DNA from: Candidatus Fraserbacteria bacterium
GTDB lineage: Bacteria; Bipolaricaulota; Bipolaricaulia; RBG-16-55-9; JANLFV01
Direction: 5' to 3'
DNA: 17,467 nt
Assembly (NCBI GenBank): GCA_037446135.1
Contig: JBBIJD010000005.1
Coordinates: 11,396 to 28,862, forward strand
Positions 7,632 through 15,321 of the stretch are shown piece by piece (the stretch's first letter is position 1; each line of letters begins with the position of its first letter). Below the pieces are notes generated by a model. The model was not told the DNA's origin. It made no database searches and saw nothing but the letters and a program-made list of their open reading frames with translations. Position numbers and translations under genes: made by a program.

Positions 7632-8012
7632 CTACTCCAGGACCAGATTCTTTGAGTATTTGTTGTAATCAGCGAGGAGGAACTCGCTGCTCATCTCGAT
7701 GGCATCCGCGGGGCAGATGTCGGTGCACTGGCCGCAGAAGGTGCATCTAGCGAGGTAGAACCGGACCTTCTTCTCCTGGGGGACGAACTGGATCACATTG
7801 GCCGGGCAGACTCGCCCGCACTGCTCGCAGCCGACGCACTTATCGCGGTGGTAAATGAGCCTCCCCCGGAAACGGGGCGGAGTAGGGACCGGTGGGACGA
7901 TGGGCTTCCCCGACTTGAGGAAGGAGATAATCGACTTCGGCATGTATTTCACGGGGAACTTGTTCGTCGCTGGCCTCTTGAAGAGTTGCTCGATGATCTG
8001 AGCGAGGATCAT
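7632..8012 (-). CDS. mbhN: MbhN / NuoI-like 2x[4Fe-4S] ferredoxin subunit
   Basis: KRPATNKFP, RFRGRL, CVGCEQCGRVCP and CTFCGQCTDICP; AAGGAGG RBS. Confidence 0.92.
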   Translation of the reverse strand: MILAQIIEQLFKRPATNKFPVKYMPKSIISFLKSGKPIVPPVPTPPRFRGRLIYHRDKCVGCEQCGRVCPANVIQFVPQEKKVRFYLARCTFCGQCTDICPADAIEMSSEFLLADYNKYSKNLVLE

Positions 8013-8022
8013 TCTGGCCTCC

Positions 8023-9012
8023 TTACATGAAGAAGAGCCCGTCCAGGACGATCAGGACCAGCCCGGCCAGGGCCACACCGGTGAGCGGGACCCAGAAGCT
8101 GTAGGCCACCTGGCTCACCTTCAATCTAGCCGCCGCGACTCGGATGATCGTCACTGCGATCAGGATGACCAAGAAGAGCTTGATCAGGAAGAAGATCGTG
8201 TCCACGGCCCCACCGGCCGGGCCCGCGAGCCCCAAGATCCCGCCGAGCCGATAGGGGAAGAAGAGGGCGAGGATCAATGCCCCCATTACTACGGTCTTGA
8301 CCGCATCGGCCAGGCGGAGGAGCGCCAGGTTCCGTCCGGAATACTCGACCGTCACTCCACCGGCCAGCTCGGTCTCCGCCTCGGCGATGTCGAACGGGAT
8401 CTTCGAGAGCTCAGCCGGCATCACCAGGAGGAGGACCCCCACGAGGAGGATCGCCCCGATGAACCCCAGCGGCCCAAGATAAGCCCAGATCGGATTGGCG
8501 GCGATCTCTTTCAATGAGAAGGCCGCGATCCCCCCTGGTAGGGCCCGATCTAACCGCCAGGCGAGGGCCACGATCGCCGCCGCCAGCGGCAACTCATAGC
8601 TCATCATCATCACGATCTCCCGCTGGGCCCCGATCACCGCATAGGGCGAGCCGGAGGCGAATCCCCCGATCGCCAGGGCCACGGCCGGTAGAGCCAGGAG
8701 ATAGAGGACCAAGATGAGATCCCCATAGCCGCTGAAGAGTGGCCGCTGGTCCCCCAGAGGGAGGTAGAAGAGGACCGTCACGACCGCGGCCAGGGCCAAA
8801 AAAGGCGCGCCATTGTAGATCCAGGGGATTGCATTCTCTGGGACGATATTCTCCTTCACCAAGAGCTTCTTGATGTCCCGGAAGGGCTGGACGAGCGGGG
8901 GCCCGATCCGGGCCTGCATCCTCGCGGCCAGCTTCCGGTCCACACCCTGATAGATGAGCCCGAGGATCACCCCGCCGAAGAGGATCACTACTGAACCCCA
9001 GAAGAGTTCCAT
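8023..9012 (-). CDS. mbhM: MbhM / NuoH-like membrane subunit
   Basis: DRKLAARMQARIGPP, DIKKLLVKE, GSPYAVIGAQRE, PFDIAEAETELAGGVTVEYSG. Confidence 0.93.
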   Translation of the reverse strand: MELFWGSVVILFGGVILGLIYQGVDRKLAARMQARIGPPLVQPFRDIKKLLVKENIVPENAIPWIYNGAPFLALAAVVTVLFYLPLGDQRPLFSGYGDLILVLYLLALPAVALAIGGFASGSPYAVIGAQREIVMMMSYELPLAAAIVALAWRLDRALPGGIAAFSLKEIAANPIWAYLGPLGFIGAILLVGVLLLVMPAELSKIPFDIAEAETELAGGVTVEYSGRNLALLRLADAVKTVVMGALILALFFPYRLGGILGLAGPAGGAVDTIFFLIKLFLVILIAVTIIRVAAARLKVSQVAYSFWVPLTGVALAGLVLIVLDGLFFM

Positions 9013-9018
9013 GCTAGA

Positions 9019-10263
9019 CTAGCCCTTGAGCCTCCTCGTCTTCTCCCAGCTCTTTGCCAGTAATTGTTCCGCGGTCCAGACCTCCTCTCGCCCCTCCCGG
9101 CGGATGATCACCCGGTCCATGCAGGCGATGCAGGGATCTATACAGGCGATAATGATAGGGATATCGGCGATCTGGGCCCCTTGGAACATCGGGCGATAGC
9201 TCATCAGGTTCGAGTAGGTCGGGCACTTCACCTTCCAGAGGATCGGGATCTCACTATCGGCCTGGAACCGGATGTAGTGGAAGAGCTCGCCCCTGGGGGC
9301 CTCGTGCCTCCCGATCCCCTCGCCCTCCCGCTCCTTGATCTGGACCAATAGCTCGGTCATCTCCTCTTTGGAGGCGTGGCCGATCTCACCCTCGGGCATC
9401 TTCTTCAGGGCCTGCTCGATCAAGCCGATCGACTGCTCGACCTCGAGCAAGCGGACGATAATCTTGTCATAGACATCGCCATGGATCTCGGGCCGGAAGA
9501 GGTCCGGCGTGATCGGGGAGACCTCGAGGGCGGGGTAGGCGAGATAGGGCTGATCGACCCTAATGTCTTTCTTTACACCCGAGGCACGGGCGGTCGGCCC
9601 GACGGCCATCAATTCTAGGGCATCCTTATAGCTCAGGACGCCGACATCGCGGGTCCGAAGCTCGATCGTCGGGTCGTGGAGGAAGGCATCGACCAGCATC
9701 TCGAGGAGGTCCTTATAGTATCTCAGGGCCTGGCGGACCAGCGGCTCCTGCTCTCTAGTGATGTCCCGCCGGACGCCGCCGATGGTGACCAAGGCGTAGT
9801 TCACCCGGTTCCCGGTCAAAAGCTCGAGGATGTCCATCACCTGCTCCCGGACCCGCCAGGTCAGATGCAAGAGGGTATCGAACCCCAGCTCATGGGCTGC
9901 CACCCCGGCCCAGAGGATGTGGGAGTGGATCCGCTCGAGCTCGGCGATGATCACCCTGATGTATTCGGCCCTCGGGGGGACAGGGATCCCGAGGGCGTTC
10001 TCCACCGCCCTGGAGAAGGCGATCAGGTGGGAGACGGAGCAGATCCCGCAGATCCTCTCAGCAAGATATAATGTCTGAAGGGGGTTCCGCTTCATCCCCA
10101 GGACCTCGACCCCGCGGTGGTTCCAGCCTGGCTTGATCTCGACATCCACGACCCTCTCCCCTTCGAGGTCGAAGCTGAATTGGAGTGGCTCCTTGAGGGA
10201 TGGGTGGGTCGGGCCGATCGGAATGGTATAGTAAGTCCGCTGCTCGTCAGTCACTTTAGCCAT
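9019..10263 (-). CDS. mbhL: MbhL, group 4 [NiFe]-hydrogenase large subunit with intact Ni ligands
   Basis: IPIGPTHPSLKEP, GWNHRGVE, ERICGICSVSH, EAPRGE, DPCIACMDR plus a C-terminal extension. Confidence 0.94.
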   Translation of the reverse strand: MAKVTDEQRTYYTIPIGPTHPSLKEPLQFSFDLEGERVVDVEIKPGWNHRGVEVLGMKRNPLQTLYLAERICGICSVSHLIAFSRAVENALGIPVPPRAEYIRVIIAELERIHSHILWAGVAAHELGFDTLLHLTWRVREQVMDILELLTGNRVNYALVTIGGVRRDITREQEPLVRQALRYYKDLLEMLVDAFLHDPTIELRTRDVGVLSYKDALELMAVGPTARASGVKKDIRVDQPYLAYPALEVSPITPDLFRPEIHGDVYDKIIVRLLEVEQSIGLIEQALKKMPEGEIGHASKEEMTELLVQIKEREGEGIGRHEAPRGELFHYIRFQADSEIPILWKVKCPTYSNLMSYRPMFQGAQIADIPIIIACIDPCIACMDRVIIRREGREEVWTAEQLLAKSWEKTRRLKG

Positions 10264-10745
10264 GCCCCTTTCACCCCGGCTTCATCCTTCCTCCAGGGAT
10301 GCCCCTTCATCTCATAAGGAAGGAAGATATTCCGCGCATCGGGGATCCCCTCGAATTGGACCCCTAAGAATTCGATTTTCTCCCGCTCGGCCGTGAGGGC
10401 CCCAGGGATGAGGTCGCAGATCGAGCGGACCTTCAGGTCAGCCTTGGGGACCTTGAGGCGGAAGTTAACCGACTGCTCACCTCGCCGCTGGCCGTAGCCG
10501 ATTGAGAAGTGATAAGTCAGCTCGAGCTCTTCCCCCAAGTCCTGTCCGGAGATCGTCGCGAGATGTGGGAATTGGAAGCTGATCAAGTGAGCCACTGCCT
10601 CATGGAGGATCTCCCGGTCGATCTCGAACCAGATTACAGGGTAGGAATAGATCCCCAGATTCGATCGCACCTCATCGGTCCGGACAGCACGCAACCGCCC
10701 ACCGAATCTGGCCTGGAAGGACTTCACCAGCCCCGTTGGCTCCAT
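10251..10745 (-). CDS. mbhK: MbhK / NuoC-like subunit
   Basis: HLATISGQD, ELTYHFS, DLIPGALTAEREKIEFLGVQFEGIP, HPWRKDE; directly upstream of the large subunit. Confidence 0.9.
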   Translation of the reverse strand: MEPTGLVKSFQARFGGRLRAVRTDEVRSNLGIYSYPVIWFEIDREILHEAVAHLISFQFPHLATISGQDLGEELELTYHFSIGYGQRRGEQSVNFRLKVPKADLKVRSICDLIPGALTAEREKIEFLGVQFEGIPDARNIFLPYEMKGHPWRKDEAGVKGAWLK

Positions 10746-10759
10746 AGTTCAGCCCTTAC

Positions 10760-10851
10760 ATTATCTATGGCCGGGGCGGCTTGACTATGAGCTGGATCAT
10801 GGTCGCCCTTGAGCTCGGTCATAGACACCCCACTTTTGAGGAGGCTATCCT
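10760..10851. promoter_or_regulatory. Divergent promoter (mbhKLMN / mbhA-J) with two tandem Crp/Fnr-like boxes
   Basis: Minus-strand -10 GATAAT (10765-10760); boxes ATGAGCTGGATCAT (10787-10800) and TTGAGCTCGGTCAT (10809-10822); plus-strand -10-like TATCCT (10846-10851). Confidence 0.6.
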
Positions 10852-10865
10852 AGGCGGAGGCTGCG

Positions 10866-11375
10866 ATGTTGAGGTCTGTAATCACAGGACTTGTAGCTTT
10901 TATTATCTACCTAATCCTGACAATGGAGTCGGGCTCACTCGGCCTCTGGAGCCCCGAGGAGCTGGTTGTCGGGGCGATCCTCGCCCTCGGGGTCGGCCTG
11001 ATCGGGGGGCGGGTCCTGGCGAAGGGCGGGGCTAATTATCGGAAGCTCTTGAATCCTCGCCGCTGGCTCCAATTCCTGGTCTATCTCATCGGGCCTTTCT
11101 TCTTCGCCATGTGCCGGGCGAACCTCGATGTGGCCTACCGGGTGATCACCGGGAGGATCAAGCCAGGGATCGTCAAGATCAGCCCGGGCCTGAAGAGCGA
11201 CCTGGCCGTCACCTTGCTCGGGAACTCGATCACCCTCACCCCGGGGACACTGACCGTCGATATCGACAAAGAGAATAACTTCTATATCCACTGGATCAAT
11301 GTCCGGAATCCAAAGCCCTCCCCGGAGGAGGTCTGCGGCCAGTTCCCCCGCTGGGTGAGGAGGATCGCCGACTGA
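10866..11375 (+). CDS. mbhA: MbhA / MrpE (MnhE) subunit
   Basis: ANLDVAYRVITGRIKPGIVKI, LGNSITLTPGTLTVD, YIHWI; GGAGG RBS. Confidence 0.92.
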   Translation: MLRSVITGLVAFIIYLILTMESGSLGLWSPEELVVGAILALGVGLIGGRVLAKGGANYRKLLNPRRWLQFLVYLIGPFFFAMCRANLDVAYRVITGRIKPGIVKISPGLKSDLAVTLLGNSITLTPGTLTVDIDKENNFYIHWINVRNPKPSPEEVCGQFPRWVRRIAD

Positions 11376-11384
11376 ATAAATGAG

Positions 11385-11642
11385 ATGAGCGCCTTTGTGA
11401 TCGCCGCGATATTCTTAGGGTTCTATATGCTTATCTGCCTCATCCGGGTCGCCGCTGGGCCGACGGTCCCTGATCGGGTGGTCGGAGTCGATACGATCAA
11501 CACCCTCGTCGTGGCCTTAATGGTCCTGCTCGGCACATTCTACAAAGAGGTCATCTTCATCGATGTGGCCATCGTCTATGCCTTGCTCTCTTACATCGCT
11601 ACCCTATATATCGCCAAGTATCTGGAGGGCTCGCCATGGTGA
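11385..11642 (+). CDS. mbhB: MbhB / MrpF (MnhF) subunit
   Basis: RVAAGPTVPDRVVGVD, IDVAIVYALLSYIATLYIAKYL. Confidence 0.92.
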   Translation: MSAFVIAAIFLGFYMLICLIRVAAGPTVPDRVVGVDTINTLVVALMVLLGTFYKEVIFIDVAIVYALLSYIATLYIAKYLEGSPW

Positions 11643-12001
11643 TCTTCATCTACATCCTCCTCGGGATCGGCGTGCTCTTCAATGGCCTCGGCTCTTTCGC
11701 CCTCCTGCGGTTCCCCGATGTCTATACCCGCCTGCATGGGGCGACGAAGTGCACCACCTTCGGCTCGATCTTCACGATCCTGGCGACCGCGGCCTATGGC
11801 TTCTGGGGGATGGCCCGGGGCGGCCAGGGCGACCTGACCTTAGCGGTCCATGCCCTCCTTGCCCTGATCGCGCTCCTCTTGACTAACCCCACGGGGGCCC
11901 ATGCCATCGCCCGTGGGGCCCGGCGGAGCGGGGTCCTCCCCAAGCGGGCCATCGTCGATGCCTACGAGGGCTATAAATTTGAGGAGGAGAAGGAATCATA
12001 A
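11636..12001 (+). CDS. mbhC: MbhC / MrpG (MnhG) subunit
   Basis: LLRFPDVYTRLHGATKCTTFG, LTNPTGAHAIAR. Confidence 0.93.
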   Translation: MVIFIYILLGIGVLFNGLGSFALLRFPDVYTRLHGATKCTTFGSIFTILATAAYGFWGMARGGQGDLTLAVHALLALIALLLTNPTGAHAIARGARRSGVLPKRAIVDAYEGYKFEEEKES

Positions 12002-12002
12002 C

Positions 12003-12254
12003 ATGATGGATGCGATCGTCCAGGTGGTGCTCCTCGTAGTGATCTTGGGGGCAGGCTTCCTCGCTATCAGGTTCAAGGACCTCCTCTCCTCGGTGGTGGC
12101 CCTGGCGGCAGTGAGCCTAGCCCTCTCGCTCGAGTTCTATGTCCTCCAGGCACCGGATGTGGCGATCGCCGAGGCCGGGATCGGGGCCGGGCTGACCACG
12201 GCCGTCTTCGTCCTGGCCCTCCGGAAGACAAGAAGGAAGGAGGAAGAGCGATAA
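12003..12254 (+). CDS. mbhD: MbhD (DUF4040 / MrpA C-terminal-like) subunit
   Basis: ATG 12003 (or 12006) just after the mbhC stop; KDLLSSVV, LQAPDVAIAEAGIGAGLTT. Confidence 0.88.
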   Translation: MMDAIVQVVLLVVILGAGFLAIRFKDLLSSVVALAAVSLALSLEFYVLQAPDVAIAEAGIGAGLTTAVFVLALRKTRRKEEER

Positions 12255-12263
12255 AATAATAAG

Positions 12264-12560
12264 ATGAGAATCATCGGCTTCGTGGCGTTCTTAGTGATCG
12301 CGGCCTTCCTCTTGGTCGTCCCGGCTGGGATGCGCCCCTTCGGCGAGCCACGGCTCTGGGAGATGGACCGCTACTTCCTCGAGCATGCCCAGGAGGAGTT
12401 GGCGGCCAACAATGTCTGCACCGCGATCGTCTTCGACTACAGGGGCTACGACACCCTGGGGGAGGCGACGGTCCTCTTCACTGCCGTGGTGGCCGTGGCC
12501 GCGATCCTGAGGAGGCTCAAGGAGAAAGAAATTGAAGGGGGTGAACCCCCCCATGTCTAA
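12264..12560 (+). CDS. mbhE: MbhE subunit
   Basis: ANNVCTAIVFDYRGYDTLGEATVLF. Confidence 0.9.
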   Translation: MRIIGFVAFLVIAAFLLVVPAGMRPFGEPRLWEMDRYFLEHAQEELAANNVCTAIVFDYRGYDTLGEATVLFTAVVAVAAILRRLKEKEIEGGEPPHV

Positions 12561-13005
12561 GCTCGTCCGGACGATCGGCTGGCTCCTCTATGGCCCGATC
12601 ATCATCTTCGGGTTCTACATCATCATGCACGGGCATATCACCCCCGGCGGGGGCTTCCAGGGTGGAGCGGTCGTGGCCTCGGGGTTCGCCCTATTGATTG
12701 TAGCCTACGGGGCAAAGGGCGCGGGGCTGAAGGAGCGGCTCTTCTCGGTAGTGGAGAGCGGCGGGGCCCTCATCTTCGTCGGGCTGGCCTTCTTAGGGCT
12801 CGGTGCGACCTTCTTCTACAACTTCCTCGCCGCGGGGGGCGGGGTGATCTTCAATGAATTCGTCCCCCAGGGCCCAAACCCCGGGGACTTGAACACCGCT
12901 GGGACACTCCCATTGATGAACTGGGCCGTGGGATTAAAGGTTTTGGCCGGCCTGGGGAGCATCGTCCTCTTGCTCGCCCTCTTCCCCCAAGAGGAGGGAG
13001 AATGA
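12553..13005 (+). CDS. mbhF: MbhF / MrpB (MnhB) subunit
   Basis: MSKLVRT start at ATG 12553; HGHITPGGGFQGG, VGLKV. Confidence 0.92.
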   Translation: MSKLVRTIGWLLYGPIIIFGFYIIMHGHITPGGGFQGGAVVASGFALLIVAYGAKGAGLKERLFSVVESGGALIFVGLAFLGLGATFFYNFLAAGGGVIFNEFVPQGPNPGDLNTAGTLPLMNWAVGLKVLAGLGSIVLLLALFPQEEGE

Positions 13006-13006
13006 G

Positions 13007-13357
13007 ATGATCGCCAACTTCCCTTATGTCGTGGCCATCCTCTTAATGATCTTCGGGCTCTATGCAGCCCTCTTCCGGAGGAATCTAATAAAGATCGCGA
13101 TCGGGATCACACTGATGGAGAGCGGGGTCAACTTGTTCCTGGTGAGCCTGGGCTATCGACGCGGTGGGATTGCACCGATCTATACCCTCGCCCCAGAGGC
13201 CGGCGAGCGGATGGTCCTCCCCACTCCACAGGCCCTCACCCTCACCAGCATCGTCATCGGCCTGGCCACGACGGCCGTCTTGCTGGCCCTCATCGTCGTG
13301 ATCTACCGCCATTACGGGACTCTAGACGCAGACAAGATCAATAAGCTGAGAGGATGA
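13007..13357 (+). CDS. mbhG: MbhG / MrpC (MnhC) subunit
   Basis: NLIKIAIG, GVNLFLV, PTPQALTLTSIVIG, YRHYGTLD...LRG. Confidence 0.93.
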   Translation: MIANFPYVVAILLMIFGLYAALFRRNLIKIAIGITLMESGVNLFLVSLGYRRGGIAPIYTLAPEAGERMVLPTPQALTLTSIVIGLATTAVLLALIVVIYRHYGTLDADKINKLRG

Positions 13358-13364
13358 GTTTGCG

Positions 13365-14984
13365 ATGGACATCTTAGCTCATGCGCCGATCCTGGTCGTG
13401 GGGGTCCCGCTCTTGGGGGCCTTCGCCACGCCGCTAATTGCCCGAGCGGGGGCCCGGGCCCGAAATTGGTTCACCATCCTCATCCTTCTCTTCACGACTG
13501 CCCTGGCGATCGCCCTGGCCGTCTCGGTCTTCCAGTCCGGCCCGCGGATCTATGTCCTCGGGGGCCCAAGCTATGGGTTCACCCTCCCCTCGGGCTACTT
13601 CTTCCCGATCAGGATCATCCTCGAGGTCGACGGGCTGAGCGCCTTCTTTGCCCTCATCATCGCCGTCACCACCCTTTTAGGGGCGATCTACTCCACTTCC
13701 TTCATCCAGGCCCACTCCGGGCTCGATAAATACTATGCCCTCCTCCTACTCCTCGCCGCCGGGATGTTCGGAATGGTCGTGACCGGTGATGCCTTCAACT
13801 TCTTCGTCTTCCTCGAGATCACCTCGATCGCCGCCACGGGGCTGGTGGCCTTTCGGACCGGCTGGACGGAGTCGAGCGAGGCGGCCTTCAAGATGATGGT
13901 CCTCTACAACATCGGCGGGCTCTTCGTCCTCCTCGCGGTGGCCATCCTCTACGGCCAGTATGGGGCTCTCAACTTCGCCTACCTCGCCACACTCATCAAG
14001 TATTCCCTCTTGGATGTGGTGGCCCTGGCCCTCTTCGTCCTCGCCCTGGCGATGAAGGCCGGAGCGGTCCCGATGCACATGTGGGTCCCCGACGCCTACC
14101 CTGCCGCGCCCGCGCCGATCACGATGGTGATGGTCGCGAACACCCAGATCGGCCTCTACGGCTTATACCGGATCTGCTTCACCTTGTATGGGCTGAAGCT
14201 CACTCCGGCCCTGGTCGGCTGGATCGTGATCATCCTGGGGATCTTATCAATATTCATCGGGGTCTCGATGGCCGTGATCCAACGGGACTTAAAGAGGCTG
14301 ATCGCCTACTCGGGGATCGCCCAGATCGGGTATATGCTCCTCGGGGTCGGGGTCGGCCTGGCGGTCCTAGGGACCCCTGCCCTCGATTCTTACGGTCTGA
14401 TGGCGATGAAAGGCGGGATCTTCCATATCGTCAACCATGCATTATACGAAGGGCTCTTATTCCTAGCTGCCGGGGCGATCTCCTACCGGACGGGGACGAG
14501 GAACTTGGACCAGCTCGGTGGCCTGGCCCATAACATGAAATGGACAGCCATCTTCTTCATCATCGGCGGGGCGGCGATCGCCGGCCTCCCGCCGTTCAAT
14601 GGCTTTGCCAGCAAGCTGATCATCTATGAGTCCGTCTTCAAGTTCAATCCCATATTGGCGGTGATCGCCCTCCTCGCCTCGATCCTGACCCTGGCCATCT
14701 ATGCCCGGGCCTTCCAGAGCGCCTTCGTCGGGCCGAGGCTCCCGGCCTATGCCCATGAGGATCGTTCCTCGCGATCCACCGCTTCGCGGTCCGCCGATAA
14801 GGACCTGCGAGAGGCTCCCCCGAGCATGATGTTCGCCATGGCGATCCTAGCGGTTTTGGTCGTCCTCTTCGGCCTCTTCCCCGACCTGGTGGTAAAATAT
14901 CTTGTCACCCCAGCGGCCCAGGCGCTGGTGAACCAGGGCCAATACATCGAGGCGATCCTGGGGGCCGGACTGGGGGTGAGATAG
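13365..14984 (+). CDS. mbhH: MbhH / MrpD antiporter-like subunit
   Basis: TGDAFNFFVFLEI, KAGAVPMHMWVPDAYPAAP, KRLIAYS, FHIVNHA, LGGLA, GLPPFNGFASK. Confidence 0.94.
   Translation: MDILAHAPILVVGVPLLGAFATPLIARAGARARNWFTILILLFTTALAIALAVSVFQSGPRIYVLGGPSYGFTLPSGYFFPIRIILEVDGLSAFFALIIAVTTLLGAIYSTSFIQAHSGLDKYYALLLLLAAGMFGMVVTGDAFNFFVFLEITSIAATGLVAFRTGWTESSEAAFKMMVLYNIGGLFVLLAVAILYGQYGALNFAYLATLIKYSLLDVVALALFVLALAMKAGAVPMHMWVPDAYPAAPAPITMVMVANTQIGLYGLYRICFTLYGLKLTPALVGWIVIILGILSIFIGVSMAVIQRDLKRLIAYSGIAQIGYMLLGVGVGLAVLGTPALDSYGLMAMKGGIFHIVNHALYEGLLFLAAGAISYRTGTRNLDQLGGLAHNMKWTAIFFIIGGAAIAGLPPFNGFASKLIIYESVFKFNPILAVIALLASILTLAIYARAFQSAFVGPRLPAYAHEDRSSRSTASRSADKDLREAPPSMMFAMAILAVLVVLFGLFPDLVVKYLVTPAAQALVNQGQYIEAILGAGLGVR
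14759..14790. repeat. Two adjacent short inverted repeats inside an apparent 48-nt in-frame insertion in mbhH
   Basis: GGATCG-ttcctcg-CGATCC (14759-14777) immediately followed by ACCGC-ttc-GCGGT (14778-14790). Confidence 0.5.
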
Positions 14985-14985
14985 G

Positions 14986-15321
14986 ATGGGAGTATTGAAG
15001 ACCGGCTCAGGCTTCTGGAGTGCGCTCGTCTGGGTGGCCACACTCTTGGGCTCATTCCTGATCATCTGGCTCTTCGCCCGGGCCGGCGAGACCTCTTACA
15101 AGAGGGGGACGGCCCAGACTGACCCCTTCCTCTCGGGGAACCCACCGGCTCCAGGGGAGCGTGTGACCGCCTCGCATATCTATTGGGGCTTCGTCGAGGC
15201 CCTCAAGGGCTATTACCAGCCGCTGGTCCGGGCCCATACCGGGGTGGTCAACGACTACCTCGCCTGGGCGGTCCTCACCGGGGCCATCGTCTTTGCCCTC
15301 TTGGGAGGCTTTCTGCGATGA
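14986..15321 (+). CDS. mbhI: MbhI subunit
   Basis: SGFWSALVW, QTDPFLSGN, SHIYWGFVEALKGYY, HTGVVNDY; lies between mbhH and mbhJ. Confidence 0.85.
   Translation: MGVLKTGSGFWSALVWVATLLGSFLIIWLFARAGETSYKRGTAQTDPFLSGNPPAPGERVTASHIYWGFVEALKGYYQPLVRAHTGVVNDYLAWAVLTGAIVFALLGGFLR

Noticed and set aside
7615..7635. Terminator between the convergent hycI and mbhN genes
   Set aside because: Only a 12-nt gap, with no convincing stem-loop or U-tract.
6137..15317. Longer N-termini given in the ORF track (starts at 6220, 7149, 11901, 12532, 15183)
   Set aside because: They overlap upstream genes or promoter elements; downstream ATGs at 6136, 7182, 12003, 12553 and 15318 fit family starts and, in most cases, RBS or coupled stop/start positions.
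7632..15321. Mbs/Mbx sulfane reductase, or a stand-alone Mrp antiporter
   Set aside because: The large subunit keeps all four Ni ligands, and there is a single MbhH plus MbhI followed by MbhJ, which is the Mbh layout.
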